Of a stretch of DNA of 64,000 bases, positions 12,831-27,200 are shown piece after piece (the stretch's first letter is position 1; every line of letters starts with the position of its first letter). Location: contig CM120642.1 of assembly GCA_051362555.1 (NCBI GenBank), positions 16,988,001 through 17,052,000 on the forward strand, written 5' to 3'. Below the pieces are notes generated by a model. The model did not search any database. It was not told the DNA's origin and saw only the letters and a program-made list of their open reading frames with translations. The DNA comes from Lingula anatina (Eukaryota > Animalia > Brachiopoda). A program made the position numbers and the translations under genes.

Positions 12831-14574
12831 TCACATCAGACATGACAGTCATGTGATCAAAGCCCTGTGATGTCTTTATGTCATGCCTCATGGAATTTGC
12901 TAAAAATGTGTAAAGTCTCTATAGTAATGTTGAACTTTTTTACCAATTTTCTTATTGGTATAATATTCTCCGTTGATGAAGCCCTGGAAGTTAAAACTCC
13001 TCTAAGGATTAAACATGGTGGGTTTACAGGTGCTAATTATAGAGCTTTTCTGTACCAGTTAAAATGTAATATTTTTTGCTATTTGGTGATATTGATCAAA
13101 TGTGACACAAAAGAGCATTTTGGGTGCTCGTGTTTTATGTATCAGTAGTATATATTTGTGTACTTTATGGGTCCTTTTCTGAGAGATGCAGGACTTATAG
13201 TTATATTCATTATGATCTGAAAAATAAACTTTTCAAATATATTTTGAGAATTTTTTTGACAAGAAATTTGCCAGTAAATATTTTGTTTTACAGTCTACCA
13301 TAATATGAATAGCAGTTGATGTGATTTTCATAGTTCATAATTATCAAGCATGGAATCACAACTTGCCATATAACATATCATATGAATGACTACTGTATCA
13401 CTTAATTCAGTTACTCAGTCTCAGTCAAAACATTTGTTCTTGTTGGTCCTTCGTGGCACTGGGACCTAAGAATTTGATGGTTCAAAGCAGAATGCAAGAC
13501 CAGCAATGTACAAAACTTGCTGAACTGGCTGGAAATTGTGCTGGAGTTTGGTTGGCATATGGCTACTTCTTAGTTCTGACATTGATTGCGCCATATCATT
13601 TATTATCATTTATACAGTATACATACACAGAAATGCCATGGAAATACTTTCTCAATTTGTACTGATATTATTTTTGAAAACTCTGCTGTTGTGTACTGAA
13701 TGAAAATCATACTGACTATAAATTTACCATACATTGTCATAAGATGTTTGCCTTGAAATGGTTTTGTAAGATGTATGGTATGACATAATTTCATAGGATA
13801 TATATGCCATGGTATGGTTTAATTGGTAGGATATGTGTCATGGCATGTTTTCGTAGGATTCATGGTTTGGTAGGATATGCAGTGTATGACAGGGTGGTAG
13901 GGTATATGGTAGGATATTTGAGAGGGTGAATCTCCAAGATTTCTGTTGTGTTAACTGTTGTATTACAAGGGACGTCCATGTCTAGGTGATCAGATGTTTA
14001 AAAAGGGACACAGAACTTCTACAGATGTTCTGGCAATTTTATTATTTTACAATTGTCAGTCACTGCATATGGTCTTTAAAAGTTTGTTAATGCAGTGAAT
14101 GTTAGTACAATATCTACAAATAGTATATTATTTTTAATCAGTTATTGTGAAAGATAAAATGGCTCTCTTACAGTAACTGTCAAGTCTTGAATTTGAAATA
14201 TGTTTTATTTTTCTGTATGTTTTAAAAGACTGAAACTATTACTTGTTGTACAGTTTCAACTTTTTAAAAAAGCTACATGTTTGCCAATTTATATCGCATG
14301 TGACATGCATTTATGGTTGTTTTGTATTATTTTTTCTTTGCTAATGAGAAACACTAAACAAAATATCACTTAAATTTAAAAAGGCCAAGGTGACAGAGCA
14401 TATTTTCTGCAATGGAGTATTTTTTGTGACAATATGCGTTCTCCTTTCTACATAGAATTCTGAATGTTTAACACATAAGCATAAGAATTGTGTACCACAC
14501 AATATACTGAAGATATTCAACATCAGTGGACAAGTATATCTGTGCATCGATACAAATGTGTTGTTTTATATACA

Positions 14575-14922
14575 AAGACAAATGCATTCCCTATTGTTTA
14601 TTTTTCTCTTTTTTCATCAATTGTGAGGTTCTTGTTTAGATTTTGACACATATTCCTTATCTTGCCTTATAAACCGTGTATATTTTTTAACGATGTACGG
14701 TAGAACAGCTATGATACATGTAGCACTGTTAGATTCGCAAATCGATAATATTTTGATCTACGTAGTACTAACCAATGTTTTCCTCTCTGGATTAAGTGAA
14801 ATAAAAACAAAGAAATCGAAACAGTCTCGAGTCTGATATCTTCTATCATACAAGTATTTTAAAATCGCCCTCCACTCCAAAATGGAAGTAAACAATAAAA
14901 AAATGATGAGTAATCATAATTG
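14575..14922 (+). repeat. Diverged direct repeat, copy 2 of 4790-5155
   Basis: Same conserved blocks as copy 1. Confidence 0.8.
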
Positions 14923-14944
14923 ATAAATGTGTCACAGGGATTCG

Positions 14945-15000
<56 letters not shown>

Positions 15001-15812
15001 TTTCCCATTCATCGGTTATAAAGAATTTTGAAAGGTGAGAACTATTAGTAAAGCTTTAATCAAATCTTGTAATACTTGGAGCGTCTCATCGAATGTTTGA
15101 CCCCCGTAAATAACCCTGGGGACTTGATATATATCAAGTAGTCGCCTGGTCACACCTGTCCGCCTTTGATACAAGGCTCGGGATCTTGAAATAGCCTCTG
15201 AAGTGTGAGTAGAGTACATCGGTAAATATTTACCATTCATAATGGGTAGGGAAGCTCTGTGGTCTCCGTTCTCTTTCAAAAGAGGGTCTTTCAGATGATG
15301 ATCTGAGGATCGAATGGCGTAGCGATGGCAGGGTCGGCCTTTGTCATTCAGACGCCGAAAATATGAGCGGAAATCTCGCTTTTGTAGAAAAACGTATTAA
15401 GCCGTGTTTTATTGTGGCACGCTGTATTAATAAATAACGTCGTTTCATCGCTAAGCAGCCGCGGGTTGCAGTCATCCTGATGAAAATTTAACTACTTTGA
15501 AAGGATTTCTTCAAAATAAAACCTACTTAAGGCGTCTTTGTAAGAGCTTTAATCAATTTGCACTTAATACCACTGCAAATAAAAATCAAGCTTGGCCGTG
15601 AAATTTTATTAGCTGGTCCATCTGATTTAAAACTTTTAGGCAGGAACTCTGGTTGTTTTCAAATAACTTGCGCAACATCGCAGTCGTTGTTACGTCTAAA
15701 TCAAGACGATACAGTAAATCGCTAGAAAAAGAAAACGAGCCACCGAATGTTAAAAAGCTCAGGAAAGCGGATCCAGACGCGCTTTGTAACCCGGGGTCGT
15801 GTTACCAAACTT

Positions 15813-15826
15813 GTCGCCATGGCAAC
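15813..15826. promoter_or_regulatory. RFX X-box motif in the probable promoter of the CNBD2-like gene
   Basis: GTCGCCATGGCAAC fits the X-box consensus GTYNCYATRGNAAC. It lies in a relatively CpG-rich stretch upstream of a candidate non-coding exon donor (cag|gtgcgt, ~16111) and the acceptor at 17164. Confidence 0.6.
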
Positions 15827-17207
15827 AAGAATATTGAAAAACACTCTTGTATCGTTGTTGTAACAGCTTTAGCCCTGATCAGTGTCATGGCATCATCAAG
15901 AATAGCGACGGGGAGTTGAACGATGTTTCAGAACAAGGATGACTGCACGTACGTTTATACTCAGTTTTAAAACGGCATACGACATAGGGCTAAGTTGAGA
16001 CATAGATGAAGATTACAAAAGAGATCGTCAAAACTATCTACACAAGATTATGTAAAGGGTTACAGAGGAACAGAAGGAGAACTTATCGATTAATTTTTTT
16101 GTCCTGGACAGGTGCGTCAGGAAAATGGCAAGTTTGAGCGTGTTATATAATTAAGCACTGAAATTGCACTGCCCTGTTGAAGAAGAGCTGGATGCTAATT
16201 ATGAAGACGTGTATAAAACATGACTGCTGCAGTGAAATAGACTGTGACAGTATTAATTTCTTCGTCGAAAAATCAAGGAGGACTTTCTTTTATTATGCTG
16301 CTATGACAACCCTTTGACAATTTGCTGTGAATATTGAATTTGGGATGAGTATCTCTCATGTGGACAAAAAATAAAGCCTCAAGAATACAGGAATGTTTTC
16401 AATCAAAGTCGGTCAAGATTCTCGAACCTCATAAACATCGCCTCAACGACGGGTTTTGGTGATTAATCATTTGATACTTGTGAATCAGTACATTTTGGCA
16501 GACGATAATCGCATATACCAATTTGGCTCCTTTTGTAGCTGATTCAATATCAGACCGCGGTGCTCTGTACATAGGATACGCGACAAAACTATAGATCGTG
16601 TTTGCTTGAGCGCACATCATTCATGCACCAAGACGACTCAGGAGACTTCGTCATTTGTAGATACCTCAAAACTACAGTTCAAAACGTCTTTCCTTTTATC
16701 ACAAATGTCAATGTAGATCCAATAGAATATTATCTATTCAATGTGGAAACATATCGTGTAACAATGTCTTTTGAGTCTAAATGAACCAGGGCGGCCCGCA
16801 CGTGCAGTATTGTTACGTTTTAAAGATTCCTTGACAACGGAGTGACACACTTCTTTGAGATGTAATATTTACGATGGAAACACGAAGTTAACATTTCATT
16901 AGTCTTTACTCAGTGGTATAAATTATAAACGCTATTTGTGTAATAACTGAAAATCAACCCGTTGGGATTTGACATTAACAATGGAAACACATAGATCAAT
17001 GGATCGGACGCTTTAGAAACATTAATTGTATTCCTGTTGGGTGTTGGGACGCTGCAGTGTCACCCCCTTGGGAGCTGAAATTTACAATGGATACACAATC
17101 GTCAGTAAATAGACAGGGATCCGTAGTAACGTTAATTGTATTCCTTGTATTCCATTCCAAATAGGTTATATCGCAGTTTCTCAGGGATCACTGAACACGA
17201 CGTAATC

Positions 17208-20200
17208 ATGAGCGGCTTCAGTTTTGAGGAACAGTTAAAGAAGCACGAAAGAGACAAACTTGCCAAGGGGAAACTCGACGACCTAGACGGGGTACCCCTG
17301 GGGACGAAGCTGGAGTACTACGCCCATCCCGATCATTACCAGGGTTGTAATTTTAACACTATAAGTCGCATGGTGTATATTAAGCAAAATGTGGAAGTGG
17401 GGGACGAGGACAAAAAGTTAACATCAAGCCATGAAAACCTCCGTGAAAACCGTGAGAACGCTGCTGCAAGACGCGGTGGGATAAAGAATAAGGTTAGCGT
17501 CCCAGAGCTAATTCCAACACGGAGAAGAAACGCACAACAGCGACCCAAAGAAATGTCGAGTACAAATAGGCGGAACGAAAATGGCTTAGTTCTGCACAGA
17601 TCGAAGTCCAAATCACGAGAATTTGAAGAGGAGAAGCAGACACATGGCTCAACTTTCTCAGGAGAAAAATCTATCGGGGTGGCGTTGAATTCAGAGGGGT
17701 CACTTGGCCTCGGGGAGATAAAATCGACCACTTTTGGACCCGGGGACAACTTCGGTAAAAATGACAGGATACGTACTTTAAACAATTATAGATCAAAGTC
17801 TTTTGGAAATAAAAGAGAACTTTTGAGAAATAAATACAATTTCTCTCAACCGGAACGCTTCCCCAAAGCTAAAGACACTAAGGTTAGTAAAGAAAATGTA
17901 GACATAAAACATCCGAGTTCTTCAGTTTTTCCTCTCGTCACACCAGAAGATGGAAAAGCACGGGCTGCTCCTGAAAACTTCAGATATGCCCCTGGGTTCG
18001 AGTCCGATTCTTCACTCCCTCGCTCCCCCTCGCGTCGAATATCACGCCGGAATCGGAAGAGAAAAACGCAGACGAACTCCCCCTCACTTGAACTCCCATC
18101 TGACGTAAATCTCGAGGAAAATCCCGCACAGCCTGATAAAGAAAACAACGGAGGTGGTCGACTATCGAAGGTAATGTATACTAAAATTCATAAGCAGAAT
18201 CTTTTAATTTAGAGGAAAATGGATTATCAAAATATTTATCGAAACTGGGCAAGGCTTGCTATGTAAAGTGGGTTCATACATTCATGTATAAGTTTTTATC
18301 CTGTTGAGGAATATTTCTAAGTAAAAATGTGAGTTACTAGAACTCAAAATTACATGTACGACCACGCAGCCGTTTGATCTTCATTTACTTGCTCACTTAC
18401 TTACTTATTGACCTGTTTATTTATCAAATTATTTAGTTATTGATTCGTTCCTTTATTCGGTTATATAATCAAGCCATTTCTGTATTGATATTGAAAGCAT
18501 TTCATTATGAAACGGGAATACAATCAAAGGCGAATCATTGGCGCGAAATATGCCATGATAAACATTTTCATCACACTTCGTCACTTTCTCCTTTATTTTC
18601 ATTAATTTCTAATTTCAACTTCTTCTTCATTCATTCGAAACAATGTCTTCCCGATCATAATTTTTACTTTGATCGCCACTAAAATTCATTTCCATCTCTC
18701 ACTTTATACGTCTTCCTGAGTGAACTCGAATTTACCACCCCTCCTCCTCTAATATTAAAGGAGGTTAAGATTTTAGTATGTCAAGGTCGAGTCATAGAAT
18801 GATTATCAAATAAAAAAGGAACTGAAAAATTCCATTCCTCTTATGCTTTCAAACAATTCATTTTTGATAAAAAAAAATCAATCTGTCTTATATTCACTAG
18901 CAAGTTTGTTTAGCAGTTTATTTTTCATGGTGCTTACACGGGGTCTTTTCTAAAACATAATGAAAACGACCAGGCGCAAAAAGACGTCCACAAATCGCAC
19001 TGTTTCAAGCAAAACTTCCAGGCGACAGTGCCACATACACATAAACCGCGGATATATAATACATTATAACTCAATATTGTCGTAATTGTAACAATACAAT
19101 TGCAGGGTTCTTGAATGTTATGTTTAAACTTGAGTATATGTGTGAAGAGTGTGCTATCCGATACGCTCCATTCAATACGATACCCAATTGGCAAATATTG
19201 ATAGTTTATGGGTGATGGATTGAGATAATCGCGTCTTCAAGATATGCCTTGGGGTTACGTTTACTACGACATACAGTGTAAATATAATGTGTGTTTTGCT
19301 GAAACTGATACCTGAGTCAATAATATAATTAAAAAACCTGACAGGAATTTTTATCACGCTGAATTAATTTTCCCTGCTAGGAAAAATACGCCTTTCTAAA
19401 ACCCAGAGGTAAAGTTATGACACACGCGCGTTAGAGTTTACATAAAAGCGATTTAAATCACATTGTGCTTATTATTGCTTTTCTTTGTTATCTGTGTGAA
19501 ATTATTTAACGCTCAATTCAACTCACAGAATAAAACAATTAATGTCGAGTAAAAAGAAACAAAATATGCAGATCACAGTTCAGCTATAGAGGGTTGAAGC
19601 AGAGTTCCTGACATTACAGGCCGTTGGCTGCTGACCCTTTCATTTAGAGAGAAAGTTACAAAGAGAAACGTTACGCGTCCAGTGAAGCGATACATTGATG
19701 TGAGAGGCAAAATCGATCGGCAAATGAACGCTAGGGAAACAAGATGACACTTTGAAAAAGATTTCCTGCAAATTGGCGATCTTAAGAGGAACAACGTCTT
19801 AATTATTGCTGCTGTCTTCTATGAGGGATCATTACATATAGCCTTTGTTTTGTTTTAGTTTGGAATTTAGTTAATACGATGTATTGTTGGTGGACACTTG
19901 CTGAGGTGGACAACTAGAGAACGAACAACCTGACAAAGTCACAGGGAAATTTAGAATTTAACTGGTGGGAGTTTGTAGCCGTCATGTTGGTGATCAGGAT
20001 ACGACGGACATAAGCGAATCGGGCATCATCCAAGCAAAGCTTGTCGACCATGTTTTCCAGACACACGGACACACGGCTAGATCCCTGCTACATGTATAAC
20101 GATCTTGTTGTTTATTTTTACCTTTTTTATGTACCGGACTTCATGCTAGGATCACAAAATTGAAGTGTATCTGCAAGAAAGAAACATGCGAAGTTGTTTT

Positions 20201-23200
20201 ATCAAGAGAGTGGGTATCTAGACACTTCCAAGTTTAAAGTCAAGGGCCCAGATATCTGTTATCTTGTACCACACAACTCTTGAAATTTCTTGATATATTT
20301 GTTGATTACAGAAAATGGATGGTTTACAACGAGAAGGTAAGAACCCTCATATAATAATAATAATAATGAGAATTAGGATAGTTAAACTGTACCAATATTT
20401 TAAATAAGAAAATGGCCCAAAAAGAGACAAACCTGTACTAAAACGTAATATTTTGGTTCGACAAATGATTTCACAAAAATTGAACTTCATTTTTTGATCG
20501 GTAAATATTTTTGCAAATCAAACAATATTTTTGTTACAATGTTGATCTCCAAATAGCTCTTTTACACAGAAAATAATTTTTAAAGGATAAATAACTTTAG
20601 CACTCTACAGAATTTCTCACGCTGTGTCTGACTCGTAGTGCCACGTAGTGCGTTAAATATAAAACTTGTTTTTACTGGCAAATTTTCAGAAAAAAAGATG
20701 ACATCAGACTTTTGCAAGTATGTTTTTTTGGCTATGTTACACTAAAATAATAAAAATGTGATTTTTTCTTGAACCATTGATCCGTCATTTTAATTTTAGA
20801 CAGAATGCCTGAAGGAATTATTGTCACAAAAAATATTTGAACGTAAGCTGACTACTCACCTCGGGCAGAGGCTGCATCAATAACCGATTCTCCGAAGAAA
20901 TTAAATTGACAGACATAGAAATATTGGAATGCAATTTCTCTGATTTTGATGTAATTATTGTATCTATTAGGTGCTGATTTCTTTCTGCAGTTAACAAAAC
21001 AGTTTGACCTAAAATTTCATTGATGTATTTTGTCCATACCAGTAAAAACAAGTTGTCTGTGCACCTGTCCTAACTTATTTTAAACCAATCGACATATTTT
21101 CTTAATAAAGAACCGTGAAAAGTAACTAGGATTTTTTCACCAACGATTTCCTTTGAAAGGAATGTAATCTTCGACAAATAAAACGAGAAAGGCTATCACA
21201 ATGTAATGTTAGTGTAACTTAACCGAAGGCGAATGCTACACGTAACTTTCACAAAGAAACCCGTTTAAATTTGTCAACAATAACTATATGTACCTGTGTT
21301 GATCTTTGCATTCTAGGTCTGTAACTTTCAATGAGAGCGTCTATATCATAAACATTCAAGCGAGAAAACAGTACTATTCTCGAAAACTCATATTGCATTA
21401 GTTGAATAAAAGCGTTGTTTACGTACGAAAGAACAATGTCCGCTTCATCAGGTGTTCTGAAAGGGGACAATAGCAGCACCTCAGCAACGCGCAGACCCCA
21501 CTTGCATTTGTCCGCTGACCAAACTGCTAAACAGCAAGATGGAGGCAACTGTTCTGGAAGGACAAGGAGAGCCGAAGATTGTTCTTCCTCTTCATCTCTT
21601 CGTGTCGCGGAACCTGTCACAGTAACAGAGAATGGAGACGTTTTAACCCGAACGCCATCTTCCAGCTCTGCGAGACTTAGCCGCGCGCGATTTCCTATAG
21701 TTTCGGGAAGACATCAGAAATACTCTCAACAAACGCCAGAAGTAAACAACGAAGACAACGACTTAAGTGAATCTCTACGAAACTCTTTCAGAGAAAACGA
21801 ATTGCGACCTAGGACTTCCAGTTTCTCCAGTAATTCAACTTTTATAAGCAATTACGCAGAAGACGCCAACGACAAAATGCCCGTCTTACTAGATACCCCA
21901 AAGATGGGGAGTCGCCAAAACAGTCGTGTGAGTCAACTGAGTCGACAAGGGACTCAAACTTCCACGCGCTCTTCGAAAAAATCTTTTCGATCGGAAAAAT
22001 CTGGACCGGTGAGACGACAGGAAACGTTTGTTCTTCCCAAAATTGTGACTGCAGAAGTGCCAAAGACACTGTCCTTAGAGGAACAGAAAATGTTACAAAA
22101 GGAAGTGAAGGCATTCCGAGACAAGAGTAATATACGACCAGGGTTTGATGTACGTCTTTCTTATGGACGGAGAGTTATATCAAAGATACTCAATGTGTGT
22201 GTGTGTGTGTGTGTGTGCGTGGCGTTATATTATGAGAACAGAAATTCCGAGAGAACAGAAATTTATCACGAAGAGTAATAATATGGCCTAACTAGAGGTC
22301 ATACGTAAAATAACGGGTTTGCCAATACAACGACCAATAAGATCATTTATAAAAAAAAGTCAAAAGGCATCCAAACTATGGCATTCTACATTTGTTTTTT
22401 TTTTCATTACTAAGTGAAAGACAACATTTGTTTTGCTTTTTGGTTTAGAAACTATTAATTAATCAAATGCGCTCATTTAATCTCATTTTTGTCTCTCATA
22501 GGGTCGGTCACTGTTCCGCAGGACTATCCGGATTATTCTGCATCTACAGCAATGGATCTCAGCGATCATGGAAAAGTAAGTGTGCTCCCTTCTGTAACAG
22601 CGTTGTACTTGCGACCTAGACCCCTGCTTAGGTATATGTGACGTCATATATGATATATGTGGCGTCACATAACATATATGTGACGTCATTAACTAGTGAC
22701 CATACGTAGTGTTCTCACTGCAGTCAAATATTTCTGCATGCTTAAGAATGGACTGAAAGCTTCCACATTTTCACAATAAGTTCTTACATGTATAAGGCTT
22801 CAAATGAAAATCTCCGTTCTGAGTTGAAAAATATCACAAATGATTTCACATCTGTTACAACAGATGCTTGGGGCTTACCAGTGAAAGTGTCGTGTTGAGA
22901 TATTCTATGAATACCTACATGTGCAATTTCGTGACTACAATAAGGATCTGCACATTTTGCAGTGCAAGCTATTTATACTTACAATATAATCCATTACTTT
23001 TTAATAGATCACTGACGTACTGAAAACTGGTCATTTACCTGATACTGAATGCAAATGTTAGTTATTTTTAGTTATTTTAATATTTTGCTAATTTTCCGTT
23101 CTTCAGAGGCGAGGAGGAATCCCAAGGCGCCGAGAAAACCTCCAGTTTCAGCGATTTTGCCCAGGCGCTGAGCAGCCAGCGGATGGCGAACTCGGACGTT

Positions 23201-24185
23201 CATTTTGATCCAGCAGATTTCAAAGCCAAAAAAGACGTGAGAATTTTTTTATCCTTTGCATTTCCAACGAATCGACCTTGTTGATACTTATTTCTCTAAG
23301 CTCTTGACATTGTGTGAAAATGACGTCATCTCTTTATATGTATATTTACTTTGCCATTGCGTTTTTTTCAAAGATTATAATATCACTAAATAATAAAGTG
23401 AACTGTATAACTTACTTATTCTCACAGTCTAATTCTTACCAGTGACAGTTCGAAAGGAACAGTACGTTGTTTTACTTGGTTAATTATCTCTACATACCTC
23501 TCCGTATACCAGTGATCCAATATAACTACTGTAAGTTTTAAGCTGTGTCGCAAAATATGACCAATTTTGTTTTGATGAAATGTTTGCTATTATGGCATAC
23601 ATATACGCTTATTTCCATACCCGTGTCTGGATGCTGAAAACTTAATTTAAATCAAATTTCATCCTTTTCCAGATCAATATAAGCAAGGACGTGCAATATA
23701 TTTTAAACCTTCCAAAAGCCATGAGGACCCCCGACCAAGTCCAGTCGGTATGATACTTCTACTTAGTTATCTTGATAGTATTAAACTGTTCTAGAAGCAA
23801 CAAACAATTCCCTGTTGCTCATAATACATGTAGATAATTAGATGAAAAAATCAGAAAGATAAATAGAAAAAAGGATGAATAAAGAAATGAATGAATGGAT
23901 GGATTAGTGAAATTGAAAAAAAAACATTTAAAGAGAGACAAATATTGAAAATGATGTATTTATTTTGATTTGTTTGACCAAAAAGAGAAATACAGCAGCA
24001 GCATTCATTACAAACAACGAGAACTCAAGAAGTTCTATAGTGTACAACTTCTTGGAGAACCTTACTTCGTTTGATAAACCATTTGTTACAAAAACTTTAA
24101 AGTCTTTAAAAGATGAAGGCAATTTCAAAAACTAGCAAGCAGAGGAAGAGAAGAAATCCAGTAGATTGGACTGTTTTATTCATGC

Positions 24186-24260
<75 letters not shown>

Positions 24261-27200
24261 TCTTCAGGTTTTATATGGACTTCAACATCTGCGATCATTT
24301 GCCGAATATCCACTTCATATGCAAGAAAAACTGTGCAAAGTAGCTTTTTTCCAAACGTAAGTTCTTCGTGATTTTAAAACAAGACAAATAAATGATACGC
24401 TGTTTAATGGCTCTGTAGCCTATGACCTAGTTATAGATGTTCTGTATGTAGAGTCTAGTTATGGATCTGGATAACAGAATTCCTTTTGTTATGCGATGTC
24501 TGATTGTGCTGTTACTATTATCCCAATCTCAACTATCGCATTTTGCTAACTCCACCATCACAAGTTATTGCTCTCGTGAAGAAAATATCGTTTCAATACC
24601 CGTGTGATCTGTTAGTTGTGAATATACTTGAATGTCGAGACCATCTTTTGTGGTCAAAATTTTAAATCTCCAGATTAAAAATCTTATATATACAGTATAT
24701 AGTGGTCAAAATCTTGGATCAAATTTATTTGTATATTTCAGAGTGACTCCCAAGCGTGTCATCATACGACAAGGACATTATGCCGAGAATTTTTATTTCA
24801 TACTCTCTGGTCACGGTAAATATTATGTTTCTCTTATTATTATTTGATAAATATTAATTTTCCAACATAATACATACTGTAAGCAGTACAAACTTCAATG
24901 TCTTACTAAACCGTTCATATAGTTAATTAAATAGGCCCATTGTATCAGTTGTAGTTCTGTACATCTGCAGAAATTGAGATATTTCAAAGTGCATGAAGAC
25001 ACGCATGTGAAGAGAGGTAAACATTATGCCATACACACATTCACTTAATGAATTTATTTTTGTAATTCTTGTTCTACATGTATCACTACTTTTCACTTTT
25101 TCAGCCATGGTGACGCTCCTTGAGCGCGACGCAATAACTGGGGAGACGCAGCTCCGAGCCGTTAAAACGCTAAAGAAAGGACAAAGTTTTGGGGTGAGTA
25201 CAATGAAATATTGATAAAAATGATAAAAAAAAATCGAGTTTGACCTTAGATTTTATGAATTCTGACAAAAGATGTTAAGAGGGGGCAGGACTGTAAACAA
25301 GTAAAACCCAAATTCTTTGGGCGACCCAAAACATAATTATTTAATATATGTTGAGTGTGTGGGTCTCTTTTTTAAGTCTTTGTTTTTTTTTTCTTTTTAA
25401 TTTTTGCTGTCAACCAAACTGTCAACAATTTGAATTGTTGTCTCTTGATGCAATGGTTTACTGCAACTTTCATCCTTCTCGATGAATTACATGCACCTTA
25501 AATCATTGACAACATTAGTTAAAAAAGGCATTAAATATCTCAAACGGCCGGAGCTCCAATATCACAGTTAACAGCATTAAAACACCATTAAGCAGTTTCG
25601 CAATCTTAGACTATTAAATCATGTTCCATTCACGTGTACTGTGGTTATCCTAAGACTGGGTTCCCATACCTAGATCGATGTAACAGGATCGATCCATCTC
25701 CGAGAGGTTTCTCGCTAAATTGCTTTCAGATAAAGCGGCTTAGATGTCTGGCACGCCTACTGAAGCTGTCAAACGATAATTAATTGCCCCTAGCAGCTTC
25801 AACAGGCGTGACAGACATCTAAGTCTTTTAAGTTGAATGCCATTTAGCCAGAATCCCCTTGGAGATAGATAGCAGTTAGTGCGATAGAGTCTGGAAATGG
25901 TCCCTTAGACCCCATTCCCACAGATTTTAGATCGATCTTTCCCCGTGGGTAGTCTCACTAGATTACTGTCGGCTTAGCCGGCTTGAATGTCTGTCCCGCC
26001 TATTAAAAGCTGTAAGGGGGTAATTAACTGTCGTGCGCGCTTGGCTGAGTGCAATTTAGCGTGAACCCGCAGGGAGTTAGGTCGATCCGGATGGATAGAT
26101 CTAAAGGGGCTTTCCCAGAGACTTAGATTGATCTAAAGATTAAGTTTTAGATCGACCTAACTCCCTGGGGGTTCAGGCTAAATTGCAGTCAGCCGATCGG
26201 ACACCATAGTTAATTACCCCCTTACAGCTTTTAGTAGGCGGGACAGACGCTTAACCCGGCCAAGCTGACAGTAATCTAGTGAGATTCCCCACAGGGATAG
26301 ATCGATCTAAAAATCTATGGAAATGGGGTGTAAATCTCTGGGAATGCACTCTTAGAAGGTGGCACTCCTAGTGGCCACTTCTAGTGGGCATGATGCACGA
26401 GGAACTGTGCCCTTTGATCAGGGGCCTCTAAAATAGTATACAAAGTCAAAGTATAGGGTAATGTTGTAACAGACTACTAGCGGACCCTAGAGTGAAGGAG
26501 CTGTATTAGGCCAAAGTACAATAATGCTGTTGAAAGATATTATGCTTGTTGTAAATAAATCTGGTGAATAAAAAATCTAAGGGACGTTGCTTTTGTCAAC
26601 GCATGCGATTCGACCCGAGTTTATAGGGGAAAAATTTCAGCGTTAGATTTGCATCTCGTGCCTTTGTCTTCGAAATATCAAATCGACATGTACAGTATGC
26701 GCCAAACCAGGCTTGCGCCAGGTCTACACTAATCAACTACGTTTAAACCTTCCGCTTAGAAAAACCCAGGTTCGGGTTGTACGGTTCAGAGCGTGACCGC
26801 CATAAATCTTACAAGAAATTTTTCATTTATTTATTTATTTTTTTGTAGCTAAACATCATGAAAAATTACTTAAGCATGTGCACACTTAAGCCTATACGCC
26901 TCTTTTCTTTTCTGGCAATTATTCACCTAATTTTTTAATGTTCGTTGCCGTCTGTCCTCGGTGGTCCAATGCATTAATCTCACTCCACCACGTTTTCAGT
27001 TAGACGTTTACAAAAACTCATTTATTGCCTTCCAGCTTGAAAAATGGTTTATGTGAACTGCCACACCACGTTTTCCTTCCGTCCATTTTTCATAATTAGA
27101 TTTCATAATGTTCGCAGTCATCTGCCATACGATGACAGGTAGCGAATTTCCAGCCCATATGTAAATATTTACTTGTGACTCAATTAAGGGCTGCATCCAG

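Noticed and set aside
17336-18148. Antisense ORFs of 149 and 100 aa (similarly 21249-21620 and 21842-22114)
   Set aside because: They are shadows of the large plus-strand exons of the CNBD2-like gene.
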